A stretch of DNA of 64,000 bases from Antechinus flavipes. Its lineage: Eukaryota. The stretch spans positions 39,618,001 to 39,682,000 of the forward strand of contig NC_067399.1 of the NCBI RefSeq assembly GCF_016432865.1. Reading direction: 5' to 3'. Positions 36,611-49,445 of this stretch are shown piece after piece. The first letter of the stretch is position 1. Each line of letters opens with the position of its first letter. A model generated the notes under the pieces. That model ran no database searches. It worked only from the letters and a program-made list of their open reading frames with translations, and was not told the DNA's origin. Both the position numbers and the translations under genes were made by a program.

Positions 36611-39600
36611 CTCAGAGGCAGGATTTGGAACCCAAGGCTTTAGGACTCTGAGACCGGCCCTATCTTCGTCACACCTTGCTGTTTTTCTTCTTCTTTACTT
36701 TTGTTTAGTTTTCTTGGGAAAGAGGCTTTTGGGGATCCGTTATTTGTGCCATACTGGGCACATCGGAGTCTGCCTTCTGTCTTGGGTTTGGGATCGTAGA
36801 ATTATTTAGGGCTATGAGATCTTCTAATAGAGTTTACTTGTTTTACAAATGAGGAAAGTGAGTTCCACAGAAGGGCCACAACCCTCCAATCCTTTTCTTC
36901 ATGGGTTCTACTTTCCTGATTTCTCTTAAATGATATCTTTGTGTTTTCCAAATTCCAGTTGGGTATCCTTCTCTAGGATACTTTTGATAGATATCTTTTG
37001 ACTATACATATGTACCTCTATGTGTGTGTGTGTGTGTGTTTATACATATATAACATTCATAAATTGGTCCAGTTCTTTAGTATAAAAGGAGATGTTTTAT
37101 TATAGATTATTCTCATGTCGTAATTATCCAGAACAACTTTTCTCAGGGAACTAAAGTTTTAGAGCCCTGTAGCGAAAATAGTTATGTATAGGAATGCAAA
37201 GATTTACAGTTGCTTTACGAAATCCCATTCTATCCTCACGATAACCTTTTCTGTACTTACAGTTTTGACTATTTTACAAACACAAACCCATGGACGTGAC
37301 AGTACATCTATTCCACGAGTAGCATATTTACTTAGAATGGCATCGGTGTGAGCACATCAGCAGAACTGGGCCTAGGCTGCCACTAGGCCGAGTAAGAGAG
37401 TCATGGAATTTAAGAATTGGAAGGAAAATCAGTGGCCCAATAATCCAACTTCCAAATGAAAGGAACCCCATTACAAGTGTCATCCATCTTCTGTTACAGG
37501 AATACCTCCCCACCTCCTCTCCCAGCAGTCCCTTACGTTGCTGGACAGCTCTCATGGTCAGGGAGCTTTCTCGGAAATCTGATCTAGTCTAACCTCTTCA
37601 CATGTTCTCCCCCAGCTGCTGAGTCTGCCCTCCTGGGCCAAATGCAACAAGTCTAATTCTTCAGCTTTTTGAACACTTGAAGACAGACAGAAAGACAGAT
37701 CATGGGTAGAGAGAGATGGATATTCATAGAGACCCAGATTAGATTTTATACACAAACCCATATGTGCATGATAGATATTAGATAGATAGACACAGATGAT
37801 AGAATTGGAAGGGGGGGCAGACATTGGGGTTACATGTCTTGCTCTAGGGTCACACAGCTAGTAAATGGCTGTTGCTGGATTTGAAATCAGGTCCTCCTGA
37901 CTCCACCACCTATCTGGCCCAGATTATTTATTAAGTGCTTATTTTGTGCCAAGCACTGGGTGTACAAGTATAAGTAATCCAGGCAGCCCTTGCACTCAGG
38001 GAGTTTTAAATTCTAATGGCTGAAGACCACATCCCTCAGTGACATGGCTTGGAGCTGGTGGCTAAGGAGCGAGTGAGGCTTATTCCAGGCAAGATCAAGG
38101 AGGACGGGGACAGCTGGGCCAACAGCCACAGTGGGAGCAGCTCATATTTTTCTTGCCTCTTCTCTCCTCCAAGCTAAATACGCCCATTTCCTTCAAAGGA
38201 TCCTTATGTAACAAGGATGCAAGGCCCTTTGTCCTCCTGGTCAGGAAAGGCCACAGAGTGTGGTAGAATGAGCATGAGATTTGGAGTTGAGGCTTCCACC
38301 AAACACTCTGGATGTGACCTGGGTTAGTTACACTGGCCCTCAGTTACGTCATTAGGAACATGAGAGTGATTGGGTAGTCTGCAGGGTCCCTTCCCCCTCT
38401 CAATCGAGCCTCTTCTAAGCCTGTATGTGGAGGTGTTCTCTTGCTGAATCCATAACTAGGAGTGGAGGAGGAGCCTTCCTGATTCTTCCTGTTGCTATTC
38501 CTGGGAACAAACCATGACTTCTGGCACTGATGTAGGGGCATCCTTGTGGGGATCCCTTTTGTGGGTGCCCCATATTTAGTGGGTGAATGGTGACGTCATA
38601 CCTTCTACGTGAAGAGTGATTTGTTTCCAGACTGATGTTGATAGGGGTATAATTGATTGGCTGATGTATTCAGGTATGTAGCCTTCCTCTGTTCTGCTAG
38701 ATGATGTAAACATCCCATTCCTGCTCAGTATATATATATTTTCCATACATATGTATATATATATTTTTCCCCTTGCATTGTTTTGGGTTGTAAGTGTGCT
38801 GAGTTACATTGTCTCAAAAATAGTCCTTGTTTTATTTTAGCCACACCTTATGAGGTTCCCTTCAAGTCATCAGAAGAAAATTGTCATATACATTTTCCTA
38901 AATCTAAAGTCTCCATTCCTTCTAAAGAGTGGACGTGGTGCTTGTCAAGAATGCCTTTTTTGTTCTGACCTGGCATTCTAAGATAGAGGTCAAAAGAGCC
39001 TCTCTGATTGGTTATTTCTTTGTTTGAGAGTTACAGAGAGGAATGGGATCACCAAGGCTGAAGAGCAGTTGTCCAATAGGCAGCTTGTCGTGATGTGGCA
39101 GTTGAGCCATATTTCTGAACACTTTCTTCAGCCTCTGATAGTTCTGTGGGTACCTTTAGTCATTTTGCTCTCTCTCTCAGGGCAGTGATCAGTCCTACCC
39201 TGTTCTACTCTTGGTGGGTTTCTTTTGTAACGAGAGTAGTTTCCATAAGACTGGTCAGGGTCAGCGAGATGGTCTCTGAATGAACTGATCCTCTCCATTG
39301 CCTGGCGTTTATTTGGCTTCACAACCAGAAAAGCACAGCTTTCTTGGGGCCAGGGGCAGTCTGGTACAATGTGCAAATTGGCTTTACCTCTTAGATTGAG
39401 AAGTGGGAATGTTTTGATTAGGTCAAAATCAGCCTACAAGAGCACCAGCCTCAGTGTCCCATCCTGGCCCAGAAGTGATCCTGAGTTTGCTGAAGTATCC
39501 AAGTAGAGTATGAAGAGCTTGGGAACACTTAACAGTACTCCACCAGAGCTTGCCATGATATATGTCTTCCAAGGGCTGGCCTCGTTACTGATGGCTGAGC

Positions 39601-41460
39601 AAAAAGTAACTATATTTTGCTTTCAGCAACTCAGACCATGTTCCACCATCTACTCCTGGTGCTCTTTGCTTCAGCAGAGGAAGGGCCCACAATGATGAAA
39701 TCATAGACCCCTAAAGTACTCAAGTGTTGGTATAATTACACATCCATAAAGCCAGAAGCCTCCTTGCTACTGTGGTGATTATCCTGATAAATAAATTAGT
39801 AATGCAACGTGAATGTGGGCAGAAATACAACATGAAAAATTCATCCCAAAGAAATGCTTACATGGCAACAGAGAGTCTGTGTCTTACCTGGCAGGCATTA
39901 TCAGCCAAAAAAAAAAAAAAAAAGTTAGAGTGGAAGTGAAAGAGATGTTTTGTGAGAGGGTGGGTTTTATTTGAATATTCATAATGACTCAGGGGTAGAT
40001 ATGTTTTATTTTTAGTAGCACTATACCCCAGCACTTGGCTGCATTTCATTTAGCTTGTAAATTGATATCACCCCATTGCAGATTGGAGAATAATTTAGCC
40101 TCCCCCTCTCCTCTTTATTCCTGTTCCTCTCCCTCTCCATGGTAGTTGGGTTCCCAGAAAGTCCCTGGCTATTTAAGGATAAAAAGCAGCTAAAGAGCTC
40201 TCTGCAGTAGCTAGTCATCTAATTAACATTTGAGGGGATAGCGATAATATTTGATAATATTTTGATGCCTTATGGTCCTAACAACTAACAGGCTCTGACT
40301 AAAGTAATTGACTAACACTTCTAACCCTCCTGTCCATCTCTCTAGGTTCCCTTTCCTTCCTGTTTTTCTTACTCATTTTTTAAAAATCTCATTCCCAGTC
40401 CTGTTTTTTCCTTTCCTCTTCTTAGCCTTTCTTTTCCCCTCTTTTCCTAGCCCTGTCTTTTTCTTTCTTTTCCTCCCTATTTTTACCTAGTTGAACCAGC
40501 TATAAGGTTCTACTATTAAATTAAAGCATATTTTACTTAGTTGAATAGTTTTGTTTCCTGGGTTTTTTTTATTTGAATATTAGGTGAGCTTCACTTATAT
40601 CTCTGCCTGTGTCCTTGCCCCAAACAGTTGGACAGACTTGAAGTAGTAGTTCTTTTTATTTTTCTTTTTTTATATCTGTGTGACTCTTGGTTTTTGTAGG
40701 TGGTGGTTTTCCTTCTGCAGGTCACTCCTTAGGACACCTTCCACTATTTGTTTCAAAGTGGTGATTTATTTCTGCATAAAACATTTATATAGCATGCATG
40801 TAAGGGTCTAGTTGTTGCAGCATATTGCATGAAAACTTTTCTCATATTAATTTTATAACAACATCAGAGAAATGAATGGTGATGTGGTTGTTTTATTAAC
40901 TAAGATTTATATTCTTGGTAAAATTTGGATATGAATCCATGCAAATTGAATAGGAGATATTTGGAGGGTATTCTAACATAGTGTATGAGGAAGATAAAAA
41001 TGATGATCAGAACAAGATATTTAAATTGCTTAATTAAAATAAAAAAATATATTTTTGAGATTTTTAATCAATGGCTAAAGCATGTAATTATTTTGACTCA
41101 AGTTCAAAAAGTATATAAGTATTTTTGAAATTGTAAATATTTTAGTTATAAATATGGATCATCGTTTGGAACTTATTTTTTTTAAAGAAAACATATCTTC
41201 AGCCAGCTCAATTTAGAAATTTTAAATATTGAGATATACAGCTGAGTTTTAATCTTCAGAAACAATACTTTCTCACATTTTAAAATTTCCAAGTGATTTT
41301 CTTTTTCAATTTAGGTTATGTTCCAAGCAGGGGCATTTTCTTTCAACACTTACAAAATAAGCTCTTGTTATTTAAAGGCTGAGTTGTCACTTTTAGTCTG
41401 ATGACTAAGTGCTTAAGTGACTTCCACCAATTCAGTGGTGTAATTTTCTTTAAAAAGTGG

Positions 41461-42057
41461 TGTAAACCTGAATAACCCCCCAACCCTGAAGTTGGTTATC
41501 CTAAGTATTAGGAAATCCTTAAAGGAGAAACTCTGCCTCAGTGAGGGGACTCCACCCCAAGCACAAACAGTTTCATCTTTGTTATCTGGGTGGGGTCAGC
41601 TCAGTCCCAAAACCCATTGAATTCAATTTAAATTCTAGCTCTAGCTGAAACCCATCGAGGAGCCAACCTGGGACTCCATCCATGAACCCCCTTCAGTTTG
41701 TAGCCAAAGTCCCCTATTATAAATGAGCCAAACTAAAACCCTCTCTTTGTAGAGGTTCTAGACATGCCAGCCATACCATGCTTGGCACCCCAAGGAGCTT
41801 CTCTGCCTACTGGAATACTGTTTCCGGTGCTCTCTTTTTTTTACCCATATCTATTTCCTTAACTAGATTTTAATCTTATTTCCAATCCCCATAATAAACT
41901 CTTATATCAATCTAGGTTTTCAGGTCTGTAAATTCCTTTATAGGGAACTGTTTGCACTGCTAGAAGGGAATTCTCAGAACTCCCTACCCTTGCACTGCCC
42001 TCCCTGACCACCAGAAACCCTAATTTCATTTGGGTACCCCAAATCTAAACCTCATCA
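41461..42057 (+). mobile_element. Solo LTR in UBE2D4 intron 1
   Basis: TGTAAA...CTCATCA, TATTATAAA about 41715, AATAAA about 41893; flanks AAGTGG/AGATGG give only an imperfect TSD. Confidence 0.7.
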
Positions 42058-43317
42058 AGATGGTTACTGGTTCTTTAGTGAGACCAGCTTTTCATGTTGA
42101 AACTTACCTGATGATGATTTGGGAGGCTAGATTCATGGATAGTCTTTAAATACTCATAGTGTTTATGATTTTTTTTTCCCAGTGTAGGTACTTCCTCTAT
42201 TTAAGGACACTGTAATTTTTAATATTTGTAATATTTAATATTTAGTTATTGTTATCAAGAGGTTTTGTGGCCAAAAAATAATCTGTCTACAACCATTTTG
42301 GTGATGAACCTTCACATCTTCCTAAATACAGGTCTGACTTTGGTACCTCTCCCCTTCTCAGGAATATGCAGTGGTTCCCTATCACCTCTAGATCAACTAT
42401 AAAATCTTCTGTTTGGAGTTTAAAATTTGATAGACCCTAGCTTTCTTTCACCTTTTTAGTCTGCCTTCTTAGACTTTACTCCCTGAAATGTACATTGATG
42501 TCTTATTGATATGAGTCTTGCCCAAGATAAACTTATCACCTGATTCCAGGCATTTTCTCTGGCTGATTATCCCTCAAGTCTTCTGGAATGCTCTCTGTTC
42601 TCATTTTCTCTTGGCTTTTCCTGGTTTCTTGGAGGTCCCAACTAAAATAATACCTTCTAGGAAGCCTTTCCCAATTCATCTTGTCTGTAGCTTATTTTTA
42701 TTTTATTTATTTGTTTGTTATCTCCCCCATTAGATTGTGAGCTCCTTGAGGGCAGGACCTGACTTCTATTTTTGTATCCCTACTGCTTAGCAAAGTGCCT
42801 GGCATACAGTAGGCACTTAAATGTTTTTTGACTGATTGATTGGAGTAGTTTCCAAAGTCACTCATTGTTCCTAAAATCTTTTAAGTTGGGGAGAATTATT
42901 AAAACTTACATTCCTCTGGAATAATCTTTGATAACTACCATTTACATTCTGAATTGAGGCACTGGAATAGGAACTTTGTTGGAGATTATGATGCTAACGT
43001 TAGAAAGCTATCCTTATATATAGGGTAATGTTCCTCTCTTCCCCTCTAATTTTATGTTAAATCTGATATTTTTGCTACTTAGAGTTTTATTGATGTTTTG
43101 GTTTTACATTATAACATATATAATAATTAATCCCAATTTATGAGGAATCTCTTGTAATAGAAATAATTTAAGGAAAACTAATAACATGGGGACTTCATCT
43201 AAAGGGCATGCCGTGTTTCATATCTGTATTTTTTTTTTAAGTGAACAAACCTATTTTCCTTTCTTCCCTACCCCATGGTGATGGTGGGATGATGCTTGTA
43301 ACAAATATGTACAGTCT

Positions 43318-43480
43318 GGGACAGCTAGATGGTACAGTGGATAGAACACCAGCCCTGAAGTCAGAAGGACCTAAGTTCAAATGTAGCCTCAGACATCTAA
43401 TTAACACTTTTTTGCTCTGTGATTGTGAGCAAGTCTCTTATCCCCAATTGCCTAGCCAAATAAATAAATAAAATGAACTA
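43318..43480 (+). mobile_element. WSINE1-type SINE
   Basis: gggacagctagatggtacagtggatagaacaccagccctgaagtcag..., A-rich tail just left of the ERV. Confidence 0.85.
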
Positions 43481-43506
43481 AAAAGAAAACAAAAATAAAT
43501 AAGCAT

Positions 43507-44484
43507 TGTTGGAATCTTTACAAACTGCTAACTCATTAGAGTTGATAGATTATTGATCTGATCTTACAAGAAGATGTTTTGAGCCAGAACTTGAAACAAG
43601 GTACTAAGTAGAACTAATTGATACAGTGCTTGTGTTTGCACTTTTACTCACTGGAATTCACAAGTATGGGAGATTCACAAAGTTAACTGTGTAACTTTGT
43701 GAGTTCACACCTCCCTTGAAGCTCTTAGGGCCAGAGAGCACTATGGGAGAAAACCCATAATCCCTCTCTCTTGTATCCCACAATTCCTCTTTCTCATATA
43801 AAACAGACAGAGGATCTCGGGGAGAGTGGAGCTGAAGATTGAGAAGGCTGTCTCAGAAGCACAATCAGATTCATCTTCATCTCACACCACTGTGGTGGCT
43901 GGGCTCCTGCACTTCCCCCACTGAGACCAAGCTGGTCTGAAAGACTCGCCAGAAAGCTGCCCAGACCTAGGCAAGGAGACAAGAGATCCATTCCATCTTT
44001 GTGCTGGCTGGAGGCTGAAGAAAGCAGAGGCAGAGGCTGAAGGACAAAACCTTTGGATTTGGCGACATTCGGAGGGAGCTCTTGGAACCAAGCAGAGAGA
44101 TAGGCCTCTAAGCTAACTGGGTTATATTGGAGACAATAAAAGATCTGAACTTTTATCACCTGGCTGCGTTTTGGGTAATTATTTACTTTTAACAGAAACT
44201 AAGGCTGCCTCCAGAAAACCTCCCTGAGAAACTTGCTCTCTCTCCCAGAGAGAACCTTTATATTATTTTAAAGAAGAAAAAGAACACCACATTTTGGTGC
44301 CCAACGTGAGGCCAAAATCTCCCATACTTGTGAATGACAATGAGTAAAGGTGTAAACACAAGCATTGTATCAATTAGTTCTACTTAGTACCTTGTTTCAG
44401 GTTCTGGCCCAAAACATCTCCTTGTAAGATCAGATCAATAATCTATCAACTCTAATGAGTTAGCAGTTTGTAAAGATTCCAACA
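43507..44484 (+). mobile_element. Class II (beta-like) ERV remnant: LTR 43507-44291 + PBS + inverted U3 copy 44316-44484
   Basis: TG...CA LTR with TATAAAA 43797-43803 and AATAAA 44135-44140; PBS follows; TSD AAGCAT at 43501-43506 and 44485-44490. Confidence 0.9.
44295..44312 (+). other. Primer-binding site, tRNA-Lys1,2 (CUU) type
   Basis: TGGTGCCCAACGTGAGGC versus consensus TGGCGCCCAACGTGGGGC (16/18), 3 nt after the LTR terminal CA. Confidence 0.9.
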
Positions 44485-44490
44485 AAGCAT

Positions 44491-45450
44491 AATCAAGCAA
44501 AATAAATTCCCTCAGTAGTTCTTCACATAAATATGTTTCATTCTACATGGAGATATGTTTTTATTATGGATCTTCTGGAATCTACTGGTCATTGCATTGA
44601 TGATGATCCTTATAGCTTTCAAACTTGTTTGTCTTCACATTGTTGTTATTATATAAATCTTTCACCTGGTTCTTCTCATTTCATTCTTCATCAGCTTAAA
44701 AAAGTCCCTCAAATTGTTCATTTTTGTAATATTGATATTATAGTATAAATTGTACAGTTCCTCTTTACTTCCTTCTGCATTAGTTCATCTAAATTTCTCT
44801 AAGTCTTTTTGGAATCAATCTGTTTTTCATTTTTTATAAAATCATGATACTCGATCACAACTTATTTGGCCATCCCTCAATTGTTGCACATTTTCTTAGT
44901 TTCCAGGTTTTTTATTTTTAAACTGCTATATAAAGAGCTTCTATAAATATTTTTGCAGATAAAGGACCCTTTCCTCTCCTACTCACTAGTCAATAACTTT
45001 GTGTGTATAATTCCAATTTGCTTTCCACAATGATTGTATCCATTAAGATCCACCAACATTGCATCAGTGTTTTTCTGTAGCCCTTCCTACATTTATCATT
45101 TTCCTCTTTTGTCATTTTTATCCCTGTTGTGAGTATAAGCTGGAATCTCCAAAGTGCTTTTATTTGCATTTCACTAGCAATGATTTAGAACATTTTTGTC
45201 ATATGGCCATAGATAAGCCTGAGTTTCTTCCCTTGAGAACTATCTATTCATATCCTTAGACCGTATGCCAATTGGGAAATGGCTCTTTTTCTTATAAATT
45301 TGAATCAGTTCCTTACATATCTTGGAAATAAGACTTTTGTCAGAAAAATTTAATGCAAAAAATTTTCTCAGTTAATTGGGTAAGAATAAATTATTAATTT
45401 AGCTTTTTTAGGTTTGTTCATGTAAAAGCTTTTACATAATTAAAATTATC
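44491..45450 (-). mobile_element. Old L1 3' region (host of the ERV insertion; continues at about 43200-43317)
   Basis: aatcaagcaaaataaattccc...ccaattgggaaatggctc...gatgcaaaaattttctca, antisense L1-like. Confidence 0.65.
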
Positions 45451-47949
45451 CATGGAAGGCTTAGATCTCAAACCAAGAATTTCTGCCTTCAGATCTAATA
45501 CTTTTTCTGCTGCAGGATACGTAAAGTCCAAGAGTGAGCAAGATTAACAAAGCTGTGAGGATAAAGACAGGGAATCTGAAGGTGGGATTTTATCTGGGAT
45601 CTGAAGAGAAGCTGGAGACAAAAGATGAAGATGTTATTCCCCTTTAGCAGATGAAGAAACTGAGGTTCAGTGAAGCCATGTGAGGAGAAATGAATGGCTT
45701 GGATAAGAAAGTGATAGAGTCACAGGACTCTCATGGGTTAGAAACACTTGCTGTGGAGAAAACTTGCTAGTCTGGTCCCCAGAGGAGCGGGACATCCTCA
45801 AGTGAAAGGATTTGAGGAAAGTGACAGAAGGATAGGTTTGGATTTTGAAGGACTTTAGGATTCAACTGGCCCAGCTTTTTTATTTTACAGGGAAGCAAAG
45901 TGAGACCCAGAGACATACCTGTCTTAGCCAAGGTAACAAACAGGTGGTAAGTGGCACAGCCAGGATTTGAGTCCAGGTCTTGTGACGCTGAGTCCAGCAC
46001 TCTTTCCACGTTGCATGCTGTCCTCCTCTTCTCCTTCCACCAACTCCTCCTCCCCCCCTTCCCCCATGCTGATGCTGGAATTGATCCTAGCATCTGGTTT
46101 AAACCCTCCTCCCCAAATAGGAAATCCTTTTCCTGAACCCAGCACATTTCAGCTCCATCCTCCTTTGTCCTTAGTCTTTCTGCCTTCAGGAAGACAAGTC
46201 CAGTCTCAGGTTCTCATTTTTCTTTTACATTTTACCCCATAGTGAAAGAGAAAAGAGTGGAGTGGGCCTTCTGCTCGGGTCCTCCTTCTTCAGGGTGCTC
46301 AGGATGCAGCCCATCATCCCCTGTTTGTGAAATGCTGAGTTGTTGCTTTCGTTGTTTAGTCATATCCACCCCTTTATGTCCCCTCTGGGGGTTTTCTTGG
46401 TAGAAGTTCTGGAATGGCTTGCTATTTCTTTCTCTGGCTCATTTGACAGATGAAGAAACTGAGCCAAAGAGTGTCACAGCAACCACAAAATTCTCATTCT
46501 GTGCCATTATTGAGGATGGACTATTCGGTCAGAAAAATAGGATAGTTTACTTCTCTTTGGAGTGAAGTAATCTCATGGAGAGGTAGTAATATCTGCAGTA
46601 AACTAAGGTGGCCGCCATTTAAGCAGAAAACTCTCGACTGTCTTCTGCAAGACCAGTGTGACATGACCCTTTAGTTGTTACCTGGGGGAGGAGGGCCGTG
46701 ATAATTCAGATTCAGTGACTATTCCTGACATACTCAGGGCTTCCCGGATAATAAATGGTCAAGCTGTTTGTAACGTTTATATTAGGATTTTGTACTTAGG
46801 TTCCGATTTGATTTATGGAGATAATAAATGCAGTGGGATTTATGACATTGAGAACCAATATCACAGATAAACACAAGTGAGTTCTCTTTTTGGTGGCTTG
46901 TCTGGGGCTTTGTTACCCACACCTCCCCTGCCTGGGTCTTATACAGCCGACCAGCTTGGGGCCTGGAGCAGAATTAGTATGTCTGTGCTTGGGCTTAGTG
47001 TGAGTTTGACCTGTGGTAGGTATCTGGATTCAGAATTGAATTATTTTCCTTCCATATTCAAAGAGAGTAGGAATCCTCTGCTGTACCAGGATGGGTTGAC
47101 CCAGAATGGTAGGGAACTTAAAGGTCACTCCTGAAATATTGAAATCCTTGTGTTCCACTGAGTAGATTTATGTCAAGCAAAAAGGACCGGGTGTAGAGGA
47201 CTCAAGTCATCTTACAGATGAGGCAATGTGAGCCAAGCAAGGTGAGATTGCTGGCCCTTGGCCACACAGCTACCAAGAGAACCCAGATCTTCTGAAATCT
47301 CCTCAGGGCTCTGTCTCTCCCCCCTACTTCCCCAGGCCCCTTCTCCATTTCATTAGTGCATCTGTTTGGGAGCCAACACTGTGTGTTCTCTTTTTAATCC
47401 TTTGTGTAGAGATGGATGTCAAGTTACCAGAAAAGTGGTGTTGGTGAAGACAGGGGGGCAGGGAAGGATGCCTGAAAAATAACCGGGTCTTGAGCCAGGT
47501 GCTTAAGTAGACCAAAAAGTGTCATGGCAGGGGTGAGCAATGACATTGGCCAAGTTGAATTTTAAGAGTCTACTCATCCTTGGGCTGGAATTGTCACATC
47601 CCTTTGATTTAGGATGGATGCTTTCCCAAAGAGATGAGCAGCCACCATTGTAGTATAGAGAGCAGGGTTACATCACCCCCCTCAGGATATCTGAATGCTC
47701 TCAGGAATAGCCCCTAGGAGGCCATGGGGAGGACAGGTTAAGAATAATCAAAAACTGGGGCCATCTTTCAAGCCTCCCTGAAAGGCCTCCCTTTGGGGAT
47801 AGGACATGGCCCTGGGCCATTCCTGAGCTAATCTTTGAGCTCTTGCTCCAAGCGTTCTGGCCACACACCAGTCCACTGTCTGATATTTTCTTTGCTGATA
47901 TCTTTCTTTGCTTGATATTCTTCTTTTGCTCTTCTTGAGCATATCAGTA

Positions 47950-48046
47950 TGATCTGTCTGCTTAGCCTTCTTGCCTCAGGTCTTCTCACTGTCACCCCTT
48001 CCTCCACTTGGCTGGCAAAGTGATCATCCTAAAGCACAGATCTGAT

Positions 48047-48084
<38 letters not shown>

Positions 48085-48500
48085 CGCATGCACAAATCTT
48101 CCTTTTGACTTTCAAAGCCCTGTATCATGTGATCTCTCCCCATCTTCCCAGTCTCATACCAGCCTCTTCCATATGCTCTGTGATGGCCTCCTGGCTGTTA
48201 CTGCCACAAAAATCCCCATTCTTTGACAGCAGGCATGTTCCTGAACATCTTTACACTTGCAGAGAATTCTCTCCTTCCTCACCTGGGCTTCCTTCAACTC
48301 CTGCTATGTGTACAAAGCCCTTCCGGGTCCCTTGAATGCTGGTGCTTTTCCCCTGAAATCCTCTCTAGGTTATTCCATATTGATGTATTCGTTCACAGAC
48401 TGAGGTCCCTGAGCCCAGACTGTTTTTTTGCCTTTCCTTGTATCCTCAGCATTTACTAATACCTGGCACAGGGTGAGTGCTTAATAAATGCCAATTGACT
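47950..48500 (+). mobile_element. L2 fragment with (CA)n
   Basis: aaagtgatcatcctaaagcacagatctgatcat...cctggcacagggtgagtgcttaataaatg. Confidence 0.6.
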
Positions 48501-48905
48501 TGCTCTAACTTATAAAGCAGAAGGAGTCATTGAAGCTGTTTGACTGTGGCTGCCCATCTCTGGGACCTTCTCTCCCCAAGACTGTTGTCACAAACTCTCG
48601 AAGTTTCCCAGTGCCCAAGGGAGGGAGGCGTCTTGCTTTGTGCCATTGCTTATGCTGCTGGCCACAAATACTGAATGCACAGGGGAATATTGGCAAAGGT
48701 GATGATGGAGGCTATGACGGGAAGCTCAAAGCCTGCTGGGGAAGAAATTGTCTTGTTCATTTATCTCTCTAGGCCATCAGCACAACCATTCGGGTCTTAC
48801 CTCTTCACCAGGAGGAACAACTTGCTAAGTGAGAGAATCGGTGTTTGGGAGGTGGCCAGTGTGAGCGTGGGGGGGAGCGGTGTTGGCCTCCCAGTGAGCA
48901 AGTGA

Positions 48906-49016
<111 letters not shown>

Positions 49017-49445
49017 TAATGGGGTTTTAGGGCTTTGGGTTATATGAATCCTGCAAACAAATCCCCACATTTTGCTAGCTCAGCTTTAAAAAAAAAAAAA
49101 AAGTTCCCTACTGCAGATCATGCAGTAAAATGAATGAAGCAGCAGCTTTTCTTTTCATTTGTTTTAAGTTCCAATTTCATTAGCAGATAATTAGTCAGAC
49201 ATACTGTGGCAGGTCAGTAGTCAGTAATGAGCATGCTTTTTTGGTTAGAGTTCCTATAGATGGGAACTATAACCCTACCTTGCCTGCTGGAGGAAAATGA
49301 GGACATTGCTTTCCAGGGAGTTTAATCAGTGGCCTTTCCATATAATCACTCAGTCCACTCAAGAAATCCCTTTGAAGCACTCTACCACAGGCAGAAAATC
49401 ATAGGCAACTTGGCCCTTGAAAGAGTTCCCTAAATAACTTGGATG

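Noticed and set aside
36126-36643. 111-165 aa ORFs here and similar ones at 20857-21309 and 49359-49727
   Set aside because: They run through N gaps and simple repeats.
38531-39034. LTR call (TGTAGG...GTTACA)
   Set aside because: No TSD and no clear poly(A) signal; kept only as a motif cluster.
39692-39788. C/D snoRNA-like boxes (ATGATGA...CTGA) in intron 1
   Set aside because: No terminal stem, poorly placed internal boxes and no recognisable antisense element.
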